DNA of 64,000 nucleotides, taken from positions 21,265,360-21,329,359 of the forward strand of contig NC_043019.1 of assembly GCF_006345805.1 (NCBI RefSeq). The letters run 5' to 3'. Position numbers and translations under genes: made by a program. This document shows positions 63,909 to 64,000 of this stretch, one piece after another. Source of the stretch: Octopus sinensis (lineage: Eukaryota). Positions within the stretch are counted from its first letter, which is position 1. Each line of letters begins with the position of its first letter. The notes beneath the pieces were generated by a model that did not search any database, was not told the origin of the DNA, and saw nothing but the letters and a program-made list of their open reading frames with translations.

Positions 63909-64000
63909 TATTGTAGAAAATGGTGAGAGAGAAATGGCAGAAGATAATGGGAGAGAGATACAGACAGAGATCACATTTGATGCTACAAGAGAAAGGATAT

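Overview
Eukaryotic, AT-rich, repeat-dense genomic DNA. The tRNA-headed SINE families, RTE LINE remnants and huge (TA)n tracts suggest an octopod cephalopod (inference from repeat content; no database search was possible). Only two host genes are supported, and only their 3' ends, converging tail to tail. (1) + strand: four GT-AG exons (1131-1198, 2045-2138, 3448-3562, 11695-11832) with compatible phases. They encode EGF half-repeat / transmembrane helix / NPLY / acidic-dileucine tail, i.e. the C-terminus of an LRP1/LRP1B-like LDL-receptor family protein. (2) - strand: a last exon (57243-57519), a linker exon (58665-58770) and a candidate 30-nt microexon (61307-61336) encoding the terminal PDZ domain of an MPDZ/PATJ-like scaffold. 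The ~45 kb between the stop codons holds no recognisable host CDS. It contains SINEs, RTE/CR1/RLE LINE fragments, a deleted Gypsy-type LTR element, a deleted mariner, piggyBac-like and hAT-like MITEs, microsatellites and several long fold-back hairpins. Most notable observations: an LRP1-like tail lacking the distal NPxY but with a stop-free alternative frame reachable by skipping the TM exon; two candidate microexons; an LTR element whose PBS position is complementary to its own LTR (possible self-priming); an RT-less in-frame RTE derivative; a covarying SINE/LINE 3' stem-loop; and a class of (TA)n-anchored palindromes. No CRISPR array, rRNA or genuine tRNA gene is supported. Nearly all ORFs in the supplied track are microsatellite or repeat noise.
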